Origin: Chthonomonadales bacterium | GTDB taxonomy: Bacteria > Armatimonadota > Chthonomonadetes > Chthonomonadales > CAJBBX01 | Assembly: GCA_037443035.1 (NCBI GenBank) | Contig: JBBIPC010000014.1 | Location: forward strand, 15,415 to 79,414 | Length of the DNA stretch: 64,000 nt | Direction: 5' to 3' | Shown: positions 48,625 to 57,250 of the stretch, one piece after another | How positions within the stretch are numbered: position 1 is the stretch's first letter | Layout: each line of letters begins with the position of its first letter | Notes under the pieces: generated by a model | Database searches by the model: none | What the model was told of the DNA's origin: nothing | What the model saw: the letters and a program-made list of their open reading frames with translations, nothing else | Translations under genes and position numbers: made by a program

Positions 48625-50382
48625 TTAGTCACCATACGGATCTGGTTTCTGCAGTCTGAGGTACCTCCATACGGGTATGCTCACGGGGTTACCGTTCGGA
48701 GCCCAGGGATCGACCGTCACGGAGGTGCCGAACACGCCTCCCGGCTTGCCGTGGCAATCGGTGCACCCGTTAGCACCCAAGGCGCGGGAAGCCCGGGAGA
48801 CGTTGTGGCTGAAGGTCCATCTCAGCGGCGATGCCTGGGGATGCGGACCATGCGTGAGCCGTCCAGTGCGAATCTCCCAGACTTCGTGTCCTTTCACATA
48901 TGCTGGGCTGACAACCGGGAACCTTCCCCCTTGCATCGTCTCCGCTACTGCTTCGAGCATGGCCCGAGTCTCGTCTTCCCTATTGGCTTCCGGCTTACCA
49001 TCTCCGTTGTCGTCGCTAATGCGATCTTGCACGAGTCGAAAGGCCTTGGCCGTCTCCGCGAAGGTGAGCGGATGGATGACGTTGCCGACCCGCATACCCC
49101 ACCAAGAAGGCAGAAGGGCGTTGCCGACAGAGATCTGGCCGTTCCGAAGGCGGAAGTAAGCAGGCTGCCACGGCTTGGTTTCGCCTTACTTGTGGGCTTC
49201 TCGGTTCGTCGGGATACCCACGCTGGCGCCTGTGGTCGTGTCCACAACATGGACCGCGGTCACGTTGGCGTCACGCACATGGCACACTACGCACGCGAGC
49301 TTCTCGAGATGGTCTTGTTGTAGGGTAGCGTGTCTAGGCTTCTTGGCACCGAGTTGGCCACTCCAATGACAGCCCTTGCATGAGAGAGTTGGGTCGTCCA
49401 TCTCATCGTGGAGGAAAACGGCGTTGGATCGGCCTTTGCGGATCTGATGGTCGGCTCCCGAGGTGTGGCAGGTCGTGCAGGAGAACTTGGAGTGCACATC
49501 CTCGTTACGGCCATCCCACACGTGACCGCGCTTCTTCGTTTCAGCCTCTGCGTGGCAGAACAGGCAGTTCTTGTCCGTCGTCTTGCTCGGTACCACCCGA
49601 ATGGAGGAAGCACTCGTTAGATCCGCACGATAAGCGAGCCGGGGTGTCTGCCCATCCGCCACGGAACCTTCGACGGTGCCCAAGCCGGCACCGACCGTTG
49701 CCGCCCAGCGGTAGTTCGACTTGGCCAACTGTGCCACCCTCTCTTTGGGATCGTAGTGCTGGGTGTGGCACATGAGGCAGTCGGCCTCCAGCACTCCGGA
49801 GCGCTGCCAGTCCGTCTTGTAGTAATCGCCATCCAGGCTGTCCGCAAGGTCTGGTTGTCGAGCCATGCGGTGGTCGTAGCGTTGCCCATCGCGGTCGTGC
49901 TCGAAGATGGATCCGCCGGGATGGCAAACCGCGCAAGTCCGGGCATAGACGTACGGTGTCATTCCGACTTCGTCCGCCCGGGAGTTGCGCTTCTTGGAGA
50001 GCCAGGCGTAGGACATATGTTGCTGGCCTCCGTTCTGTCCGGGCGAAGACATCCACGGCCTGTTGCGGTGCTTGGCGCCCCAGTCGTCCGCTATCACGTC
50101 CGCACCCATGGTGAAGTGGTAGGCTCTCGTAATCGCGTCGTATGGATGACATCCCCCGCAGGTCGCCCGAGGACTGTAGGGTCGAGGACCCGGCACCGAA
50201 GGGTCAATCTGCAGCCCGGCCTCATCCTTGAGAGTGACCGGCACATGAGTCTTCTGTGCATCCGTGTCCTGGTTCGCAACCCGGGCGAATCCTGCCATGG
50301 AGATGAGTGCAGCTAACGGCACCCCAGTGACGAGCGTCAGGAGCGCGGATGGGCGTATCTTGCCAAACCGTACTTGCCTCAT
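48625..50382 (-). pseudogene. Octaheme cytochrome c interrupted by a single in-frame TAA at 49186-49188
   Basis: Signal peptide; CGGCH, CAVCH, CLMCH, CLFCH, CTTCH, CKGCH, CVVCH before the stop and CTDCH after it; same frame stays open through to 48625. Confidence 0.8.
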
Positions 50383-50406
50383 TGAAGCATCACTTCCTAA
50401 GTGATC

Positions 50407-51105
50407 TCAGTGTGCGGTGTAGACCATGTAAAGCCCACCGAGCAGTACAAGGGCACCGCAGACGCGCTTGATCAACGTCATCCTGCCGTTGCTCTGGTTC
50501 CAAGCGAGGTATTTCTGGACAGCCTCGGCGCTCGTGCCACCCGCAACGATGACGGAGCAGTGCCCGACGCCGTAGGCCATGAGGAGACTGGCTGCGAAGA
50601 CAGGCGCCTGGGCTGCCACTTTGAAGGTGACGGCAAGAACCGGGGCCATGTACGCGAATGTACAAGGTCCCAAGGCAACACCAAAGACAAGCCCGAGCAG
50701 AAAGGCCGCTCCCAGGCCACTGCCAGTCGTTCGGGCGTTCTGCGCACCGGAGAAGTTCAGCGGTACGACATCCAGCAGATGAAGCCCGACGAGAAAGAAG
50801 ATAGCCGCTACAACATAGTTGATCCACCCACCCAGGTCGCCGGCCATCCGACCCAGGGCCGAAGTCACGCCGCCGATCACAGCTATCGTTACCAGAATGC
50901 CCACGGCGAAAACCAGGGCTATCCAGAAGGCTCGCCGTGTGGTTATGCCCTCTCGGACCACAATGAACCCCACGATGAGCGGAATGCTTGCGAGATGACA
51001 GGGGCTCAGCAGAATGCTCAAGACGCCCCAGGCGGCCGAGGCACCGAGTGCCAAGCCCGGCGATCCCTCGATAGCTCTTGTGAGCTGGGTGAACAGCTCT
51101 TGCAT
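50407..51105 (-). CDS. ccdA: CcdA/DsbD-like transmembrane thiol-disulfide transporter
   Basis: LLSPCHLASIP and ALGPCT motifs; about 6 TM segments. Confidence 0.88.
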   Translation of the reverse strand: MQELFTQLTRAIEGSPGLALGASAAWGVLSILLSPCHLASIPLIVGFIVVREGITTRRAFWIALVFAVGILVTIAVIGGVTSALGRMAGDLGGWINYVVAAIFFLVGLHLLDVVPLNFSGAQNARTTGSGLGAAFLLGLVFGVALGPCTFAYMAPVLAVTFKVAAQAPVFAASLLMAYGVGHCSVIVAGGTSAEAVQKYLAWNQSNGRMTLIKRVCGALVLLGGLYMVYTAH

Positions 51106-51111
51106 GGCCGT

Positions 51112-51858
51112 CTACTGGACTCCCATCTGCGCTAGCTTCTCCACCAGCTTCTCTTTGGGCCAGAACCCGACATGTCGGAAGAACTCGTTACCGTTCTTAT
51201 CGAGGAAGATCTGAACCGGAATGCTCTCGATGACGTACCGGGCTGCGAGGATCGGCTCTTCGCGGACTTGCACGTCGAGAACGATGCACTTACCAGCGTA
51301 GCTCTTCCTAAGCTCCTCGAGGATCGGAGCCAGCATTTCGCACGGTATGCATCCCTTCGATCCGAACTTGACGAGAGCGGGCTTGCCGGACCGTCTGGCG
51401 GCGTCCACGGGGTTGTCAAGGACCGTCCTGGCCTGCGTTGCGCACCATGCCGCGTTCACCTCGATGAGGTGCCGCTTCCCAAGGTTTTGGATGTGGTCTG
51501 CGATTGCCTGCTGCCGTTTCCCGCTCCCCAGGTAGCTTCGGATCTCGGACGCCACCGCGTCGTACGCTGCTCCGCCGAACATCTGCCGGTTCTGCTCGGA
51601 AAACGCTCTGGCCGCCGTGTCGCTGACCGTCACAGAAGCTACCAGCGTCTGCAGGTAGGCTCCGATGAGTGCGTCATCGCTCTTTCTAGCAGCCGCGGAC
51701 GGAGCACGCTTCGACCAGGCTACAGCCTCATTCCTCAGCAGGGCGCGGGTGGCCATGGTCTCCAGCACGACAATCTCGAAACCCCGCACCTGCTTACGCG
51801 ATGCTTCGGGCAGGCGGGCCACTTCTGCTCTCAGTTGCTTCTCAGCTGTAGTCTTCAT
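51112..51858 (-). CDS. Thioredoxin-family protein with helical N-terminal extension (5' end possibly damaged)
   Basis: C-terminal KFGSKGCIPCEML..IPVQIF..G.E.FRHVGF. Confidence 0.75.
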   Translation of the reverse strand: MKTTAEKQLRAEVARLPEASRKQVRGFEIVVLETMATRALLRNEAVAWSKRAPSAAARKSDDALIGAYLQTLVASVTVSDTAARAFSEQNRQMFGGAAYDAVASEIRSYLGSGKRQQAIADHIQNLGKRHLIEVNAAWCATQARTVLDNPVDAARRSGKPALVKFGSKGCIPCEMLAPILEELRKSYAGKCIVLDVQVREEPILAARYVIESIPVQIFLDKNGNEFFRHVGFWPKEKLVEKLAQMGVQ

Positions 51859-51940
51859 CTAGCTGTTGGGCGGGCCGTAACACGACGCTGGACGCCCCAG
51901 CGAGATTACCATGAGAAGGACGCTGCCTGCAGTGCTCGTT

Positions 51941-52372
51941 TCATTGCTTTCGGAGGTCCACGCCGTGTTCACGGAATGCGTTGACGATCTCATCCTTGGG
52001 CCAGAACCCCACGTGACGGTAGATCTCGTTGCCGTTAGCATCGTAGAGGATCTGTGTGGGGATGCTCGCGATGCCGTACTTGCGGCCCTCTTCCGGGGAC
52101 TGCCAGACGTCAATGAAGTCCACCCTGAGGTTCGGCCCATATTCCTTCTGCAGCTCCTCCATGACGGGTTTCATCATCTTGCAGGGAATGCAGGAGACGG
52201 AGCCCAGCTCGAGCATACGGGGAACGCCCAACGCTTCGCCTCCTGGCGCTCGTTGTCCCGCAACCGTCGGGCTCCCGCCATGTTTCTCCTTCATCATGGC
52301 GACGGCGATGATGGCGATCAACAGAAGCAGCACAACGCTCACTTTCGTTGTCAAAGACGGACCTTGTCTCAT
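51941..52372 (-). CDS. Membrane-anchored thioredoxin-family protein
   Basis: N-terminal TM; ELGSVSCIPCKMM, IPTQI, RHVGFW. Confidence 0.9.
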   Translation of the reverse strand: MRQGPSLTTKVSVVLLLLIAIIAVAMMKEKHGGSPTVAGQRAPGGEALGVPRMLELGSVSCIPCKMMKPVMEELQKEYGPNLRVDFIDVWQSPEEGRKYGIASIPTQILYDANGNEIYRHVGFWPKDEIVNAFREHGVDLRKQ

Positions 52373-52710
52373 ATGTTATCTGTCCTCAGTTCGACTGTTA
52401 CATCGCGGGGCAGCGCCAGACCCGCAGCGACCTGCATGGCCCTGAAGATACCGATCGGCGTAACGCAGGCACTACAGCAGCCGCTGAGGGGCTGACGTGC
52501 CGCAGTGAGGATGGCTCCGTCCGTGCCTCTGTGAATCTCCTCGAGGGCATTCACCACGGAAAGCTTCTCAGCAAGAGATCGAATCTTCTCACAGGGGCTT
52601 TCCACCCGGAGAGTGACGCGCATGTCCTCCTCTTGGGTGGCTACCACCTCCGTGACAAAGCCACAGACACCGGCATGGATACGTGCCCTAGCTGCTGTCA
52701 CTCGTTGCAT
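52369..52710 (-). CDS. Small Cys-rich conserved protein (DUF6951-like)
   Basis: GVCGF.T, S.CEKI, CCSACVTP.GI..A.QVAAGLALP.DV. Confidence 0.7.
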   Translation of the reverse strand: MQRVTAARARIHAGVCGFVTEVVATQEEDMRVTLRVESPCEKIRSLAEKLSVVNALEEIHRGTDGAILTAARQPLSGCCSACVTPIGIFRAMQVAAGLALPRDVTVELRTDNI

Positions 52711-52722
52711 TCACCATAACAG

Positions 52723-53100
52723 CTAGCCCTGCACGCCCAGCGACTCGCGAACAGTGGCCGCCGCCTTGGCGACTTCGTCGCGGCTGTAGTTGAAGTCCCG
52801 CGCCTTCGTGACTCCCAGATCGGTTATCACGACATGCACGTCCACAGGCATGGCGGCCGCTTCGAGAGCCTTTCGCACGCAGTGCACGCCACAGCCGTCA
52901 ATAGCCACGCGCTTAGTCGCTTCTCGCGCTGCCTGTACGAAGCTCGGGAACTGCGCTGCAACACCCACAGCGCAGTACATCCTTCCCTGGCCGAGTTGAT
53001 CCAGAGCCTTTGCCGTATCGTTGGCAATCTGACCGACGTTACTAGCGCCGCCGCATGCGAGCAGCATAATATCCGAAGCCCCACAACATGTGTTTGCCAT
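52723..53100 (-). CDS. DGC-domain putative zinc-binding protein
   Basis: ACGGASNVGQIAN, MYCAVG, AIDGC..HC. Confidence 0.88.
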   Translation of the reverse strand: MANTCCGASDIMLLACGGASNVGQIANDTAKALDQLGQGRMYCAVGVAAQFPSFVQAAREATKRVAIDGCGVHCVRKALEAAAMPVDVHVVITDLGVTKARDFNYSRDEVAKAAATVRESLGVQG

Positions 53101-53112
53101 CTCGGTGTCCTT

Positions 53113-53346
53113 TCACGAAGAAAGCAATCGCTTGATCTCGTCGACCGTGGCGACACGGCCCGACGTCTTCACCTTTCCATCGACCGCCAAGGCAGGGGTC
53201 ATCATGACGCCGAACCGTATGATCTGCTGGATATCCTCGATCTTCTCGATCTCGTAGTCCAGCCCAAGCTCGCGTGCCGCTGCCTCGGCGTTCTCTGTAA
53301 GCTTCTTGCACTTAGCACAACCAGTGCCCAGTATCTGGATCTTCAC
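53113..53346 (-). CDS. Small redox-active disulfide protein (MTH895-like thioredoxin)
   Basis: KIQILGTGCAKC..L, GVMMTPALAVDG.VK.SG; GTG start. Confidence 0.92.
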   Translation of the reverse strand: MKIQILGTGCAKCKKLTENAEAAARELGLDYEIEKIEDIQQIIRFGVMMTPALAVDGKVKTSGRVATVDEIKRLLSS

Positions 53347-53407
53347 CGGCTCTCCTTGCCTCCTTTTTGTTCTGCATTCATAGCGAGTGATGTTGCTGCA
53401 CCAACGC

Positions 53408-54721
53408 TCACCCGCGCATGGTGCCAAAGATCATGCCAGTGATCGTGGCCATGACCACAACGAGCGAAACGTACACGAGCGTCTTCTTGACTCCCATCAT
53501 GCGACTCAGGACGAGCATACTGGGGAGGGACAAGGCCGGACCTGCCAACAGCAAAGCCAGCGCGGGTCCCTTGCCCATGCCGGACCCCAGAAGTCCCTGA
53601 AGGATAGGCACCTCGGTCAGGGTTGCGAAGTACATGAAGGCCCCAGCGATGGACGCGAAGAAATTGGCTCCGAGCGAGTTGCCACCCACGGCGGCGTGCA
53701 CCCACTCTGAGGGAATGAGCCCTTCGTGACCAGGGCGACCCAGCAGGAGACCTGCCACTATGACCCCTCCGAGCAGGAGTGGCATCACCTGTTTGGCGAA
53801 GCCCCAGCTCTGGTTCAGCCATTCTCCGCCTTCTCCCTCATCGCCTCTGAGAACCCAGGAGAGACCCACAATGCCTGCTGCGAAGGGCACCATGGGCATC
53901 CCACGAAACAGGATCGCCAGAACGGCCACAGCCACAGTCACGCCCGAAACCTTCAGCGCTGGAAGCTCGATCCAATAGACTAGGATGGCCGCGAGTAACG
54001 CGGCGAACGCCGCCGTAATCAGCCACTTCACCTGGTACACGGCGTACCAGAAGCCCGTCGTACCTTCCGGTGAACTCCAGTTGGCGAAGACCAAGATGCC
54101 GATCATTGCGGCGAAGAAGAGAGCGTTCTGATGGAGCGGCCTCCGCACCTCCACGTCGGGCAGCAGCTCCTGTGCCTCCTCCTTGGCCTTCTCCTCGTTC
54201 CGGAAGAACAAGTGCATCAGAAGACCCACAGTGACGGAGAAAAGCACTGCGCCCAGTGCCCGAGCCGCGCCAAGTTCGAAACCGAGTATCCGTCCGGTCA
54301 TGATGATGGCCAGGACGTTGATCGCAGGTCCGGAGTACAGGAACGCAGTAGCAGGTCCAAGACCTGCTCCCATCTGGTAGATGCCTCCGAAAAGAGGCAG
54401 AACAGTACAGGAGCAGACTGCCAGGATGGTTCCCGATACCGAGGCAACGCCGTAGGCAAGAACCTTCGGAGCGTTGGCCCCAAGGTACTTCATGACCGAT
54501 GCTTGACTCACGAAGACGGCGATGGCGCCGGCTATGAAGAACGCGGGCACGAGGCAGAGCAGTACGTGCTCTTGTGCGTACCAGCGAACGAGGTAGAGCG
54601 ACTCCCAGATGGCGTTCCTTAGACGGGACCAGGATTGTAGTTGCTCTACTGGCAAGTAGAAGAACACGAGGAAGGCTATGATGAGAAGCGCAGCCTTGCG
54701 CCATTCGTCACGCCAGTTCAT
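53408..54721 (-). CDS. ArsP/DUF318-type permease
   Basis: EHVLLCLVPAFFIAGAI, LAVCSCTVLPLF, FLYSGPAIN, MYFATLTEVP, GPALSLP. Confidence 0.9.
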   Translation of the reverse strand: MNWRDEWRKAALLIIAFLVFFYLPVEQLQSWSRLRNAIWESLYLVRWYAQEHVLLCLVPAFFIAGAIAVFVSQASVMKYLGANAPKVLAYGVASVSGTILAVCSCTVLPLFGGIYQMGAGLGPATAFLYSGPAINVLAIIMTGRILGFELGAARALGAVLFSVTVGLLMHLFFRNEEKAKEEAQELLPDVEVRRPLHQNALFFAAMIGILVFANWSSPEGTTGFWYAVYQVKWLITAAFAALLAAILVYWIELPALKVSGVTVAVAVLAILFRGMPMVPFAAGIVGLSWVLRGDEGEGGEWLNQSWGFAKQVMPLLLGGVIVAGLLLGRPGHEGLIPSEWVHAAVGGNSLGANFFASIAGAFMYFATLTEVPILQGLLGSGMGKGPALALLLAGPALSLPSMLVLSRMMGVKKTLVYVSLVVVMATITGMIFGTMRG

Positions 54722-54796
54722 GTCCGGCCCTCCGACCGGACGGGTGGTGCGTCAATGAAGCGTTTGGAACGCATCGGTAACTCCAATAGTGGTTAT

Positions 54797-54812
54797 TTGG
54801 TCTATCAGCCAA
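54797..54812. promoter_or_regulatory. Putative ArsR operator upstream of the permease
   Basis: TTGG-TCTATCAG-CCAA palindrome in an AT-rich intergenic stretch; similar site at 55188-55203. Confidence 0.55.
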
Positions 54813-54848
54813 CTATGCCCCAGTAGACACTTTTCCGGTTCCCTGACT

Positions 54849-55178
54849 TCAGTCAGCTTCCTTTGATAAGACGTGGAATGCGCTGTACCGATCCGCCAGA
54901 ACCGCCTCGACACAATCGAAGAAGCGGAGGATACAGGGAACGCGCAAGGAATAGAAGACCTGTTGACCCACCTTGCGGTCCCGAACGATGCCTGCATTCT
55001 TCATCAAGCTAAGATGCTTGGACACGGTGGACATGTCCGACCCGACGATCCGCTGCAGATCGCAGACGCAGCGTTCGCCTCTCGAGAGAGCATCCATGAT
55101 CATGAGGCGGCTGGGATGCGCCATCGCCTTGATGACCTGCGCCTTGGCCCTGTATAGCTCTTCATCGTGCGCGTTCAT
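54849..55178 (-). CDS. ArsR/SmtB transcriptional repressor
   Basis: KAMAHPSRL.I, ERCVCDL, STVSKHL..MKNAGIV..RK.G..VFY, PC...FFDC. Confidence 0.93.
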   Translation of the reverse strand: MNAHDEELYRAKAQVIKAMAHPSRLMIMDALSRGERCVCDLQRIVGSDMSTVSKHLSLMKNAGIVRDRKVGQQVFYSLRVPCILRFFDCVEAVLADRYSAFHVLSKEAD

Positions 55179-55185
55179 AATGCTT

Positions 55186-55215
55186 AGTTTGCCATGTTGC
55201 CAACCAATCCGTCAA
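55186..55215 (-). promoter_or_regulatory. Leaderless-type promoter with embedded operator
   Basis: TTGACG (55215-55210), 18 nt, CAAACT (55191-55186), 7 nt, ATG; TTTGCCATGTTGCCAA at 55188-55203. Confidence 0.55.
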
Positions 55216-55382
55216 CTAGGCATATTGTTTCATGTAATATCTGCGCGTTACCTCACGTAACACCTTCCCTAGGTGGATCGTTTCCATCCGTCAACCAGCA
55301 TCCTGGGTCGGTGACCGTCGGAACACTCGCAGAGGGTAGACTCCGTCCATCCTAACCCAGCAAGAGCGTCGAGGTCTGTCCG

Positions 55383-55916
55383 ATGCGGAATCCAGTGATC
55401 GTTGCCGCCGTTGGTCTCGTCCTGTTCGTTCTATTCGTCATGTTGGTCTCGCCGAAGGGTGTCGGCAGTGGGGACGACCTGCTGCCTCCGGGACCAGCAC
55501 CAGCTATGCGCATCAAGAGTCCCGACGGCACGACCTACAGCTTGGCCGACTACAAGGGCAAGGTGGTGCTGGTGAAGTTCTGGGCCACCTGGTGCGGACC
55601 ATGCGCCATGTCTACGCCTCGCATCGTGGACCTCTACAAGAGGCGTCACAAGGAGGGACTCGAAGTCCTCGGTGTGGCCCTGGAACACGACGATGGGCAA
55701 CAGATACCAGCCTATGTCCAGGAGATGGGTGTGACGTATCCTGTCGGGCTGGCGGATCCTCCGGACTCGGTACGGTCCTGGCTACGTCCGGATGTGGGCA
55801 TCCCCGCCATCTTCATTGTTGACAAGAAAGGCAGGATCCGATGGTCGAGGAGCGGCTATGCGCCGGAGCGGGAGCATGAGATCGAGGACAAGGTCGTGGA
55901 GCTCCTCCGGGAGTAG
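55383..55916 (+). CDS. TlpA/ResA-family thiol-disulfide oxidoreductase
   Basis: N-terminal TM; KGKVVLVKFWATWCGPC, GIP..FIVDKKG.IR. Confidence 0.92.
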   Translation: MRNPVIVAAVGLVLFVLFVMLVSPKGVGSGDDLLPPGPAPAMRIKSPDGTTYSLADYKGKVVLVKFWATWCGPCAMSTPRIVDLYKRRHKEGLEVLGVALEHDDGQQIPAYVQEMGVTYPVGLADPPDSVRSWLRPDVGIPAIFIVDKKGRIRWSRSGYAPEREHEIEDKVVELLRE

Positions 55917-55972
55917 TCTGCCGATGGCGGGTGTTTTCCGCCGTACAACGCTCGGGCGGCCGTGAGGATGGC

Positions 55973-57247
55973 GTGAGCCCTCTGTCGCTGTCCGAGGTCC
56001 TTGCCGAGGAATGGAGACCTGCGCTGGGGTGTACCGAGCCTGCGTGTGTGGCCTATGCTGCAAGCCTGGCGGCGTCGCTGGTCTCCGGCCCGGTTCGGGA
56101 GGTATCTGTTACCTGCGATCCCCGCATGTACAAGAACTGTTACGCGGTTGGCATTCCTAACTCGGGTCACAAGAGCGGGCTCCTCTGGGCGGCGGCCTTG
56201 GGAGCGTTCTTACCGGATCCCAGCGCCGAGCTGGAGTTGCTGCGTCACGTCACACCGGACACTGTGACTTGTGCCGCCGCTCTGCTGGCGGAAGGGCGCG
56301 TCCATGTCGAGGTAGACGCTTCGCGGCAGGGACTCTATGTCGAATGCATCGTGCAAGGATCCAGGGACCGTGGGCGTGCCGTACTGGAGGACGAGCATAC
56401 ACATGTCGCTCTTCTCCAACGGAACGGCGTCGCCGTCGCCGAAAATCCATGTCGGCAGAGCCGGTCGGGATCGGTTCGTGAGGAGCTAGCCAAGTCAAGT
56501 TTCGCTGATCTGGTCGGCATGGCCAGCAATGCCACCGCGACGGACAGGGAGCTCCTCCGGGATGGTGCCCGTATGAACGTGGCGATCGCGCGGCACGGGT
56601 TCGCCATGTTCCCCGATCGTTTCATTGGCGCGGCCACCGATTCGGCTATTGGTCTAGCTGGACAGATGGTATGCGCAGGCGTCTATGCCCGTATGTGGGG
56701 TGCTGACATCACCGTCATGTCGCTGGCTGGTTCCGGAAACAAGGGCATTACAGTCGCCGTTCCGATCTATGTCGTGGGGGAAGACATGGGATTGGAGCCG
56801 CGCCGCGTGGAGGAGGCGCTTGCGCTAGCCTGTCTGTTGACTTCGGTCACGACTGCCCATCTTGGTTCCCTCTCGGCGGCGTGCGGTTGCGCGCATGCCG
56901 CAGGCGTTGGGCTGGCTGGGGCTTTCGTCCATCTACGTGGCGGCGGCCCTGCGGAGGTCTCGATGGCTGTCACGAACATGGTGGGCAACGTGACCGGCAT
57001 CATCTGTGATGGGGCTAAGATCGGGTGTGCGCTGAAGACCATGTCTGCCGTAGATGCAGCTCACCGTGCTGCCACGCTTGCGTGCGAGGGGATTGTCATT
57101 CCCCCGACGGACGGCATCGTTGGCAATGACGGTTACGCATCTCTGCACAACCTCGCTCGCGTGGCCACCCGTGGGATGGCGGCCATAGACAACGAAGTGC
57201 TCGATATTCTTCGCTCCAAGATGGGGCTGGCAATAGAGCCATCCTGA
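55973..57247 (+). CDS. L-cysteine desulfidase / serine dehydratase alpha-like (CdsB/YhaM family)
   Basis: PALGCTEP, GSGNKGI, LSAACGC, CDGAK.GCALK, DGIV. Confidence 0.88.
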   Translation: MSPLSLSEVLAEEWRPALGCTEPACVAYAASLAASLVSGPVREVSVTCDPRMYKNCYAVGIPNSGHKSGLLWAAALGAFLPDPSAELELLRHVTPDTVTCAAALLAEGRVHVEVDASRQGLYVECIVQGSRDRGRAVLEDEHTHVALLQRNGVAVAENPCRQSRSGSVREELAKSSFADLVGMASNATATDRELLRDGARMNVAIARHGFAMFPDRFIGAATDSAIGLAGQMVCAGVYARMWGADITVMSLAGSGNKGITVAVPIYVVGEDMGLEPRRVEEALALACLLTSVTTAHLGSLSAACGCAHAAGVGLAGAFVHLRGGGPAEVSMAVTNMVGNVTGIICDGAKIGCALKTMSAVDAAHRAATLACEGIVIPPTDGIVGNDGYASLHNLARVATRGMAAIDNEVLDILRSKMGLAIEPS

Positions 57248-57250
57248 GCC

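Noticed and set aside
49186-49188. Selenocysteine or pyrrolysine recoding in the cytochrome
   Set aside because: The codon is TAA on the minus strand, not TGA or TAG
51859-51861. Pyrrolysine read-through of the TAG before the thioredoxin gene
   Set aside because: No pyl genes in the window, and the upstream region also needs a frameshift, so decay or error is simpler
44581-55178. Hidden selenoproteins among the ars-island redox genes
   Set aside because: All expected Cys positions are ordinary Cys codons; I saw no in-frame TGA at motif positions
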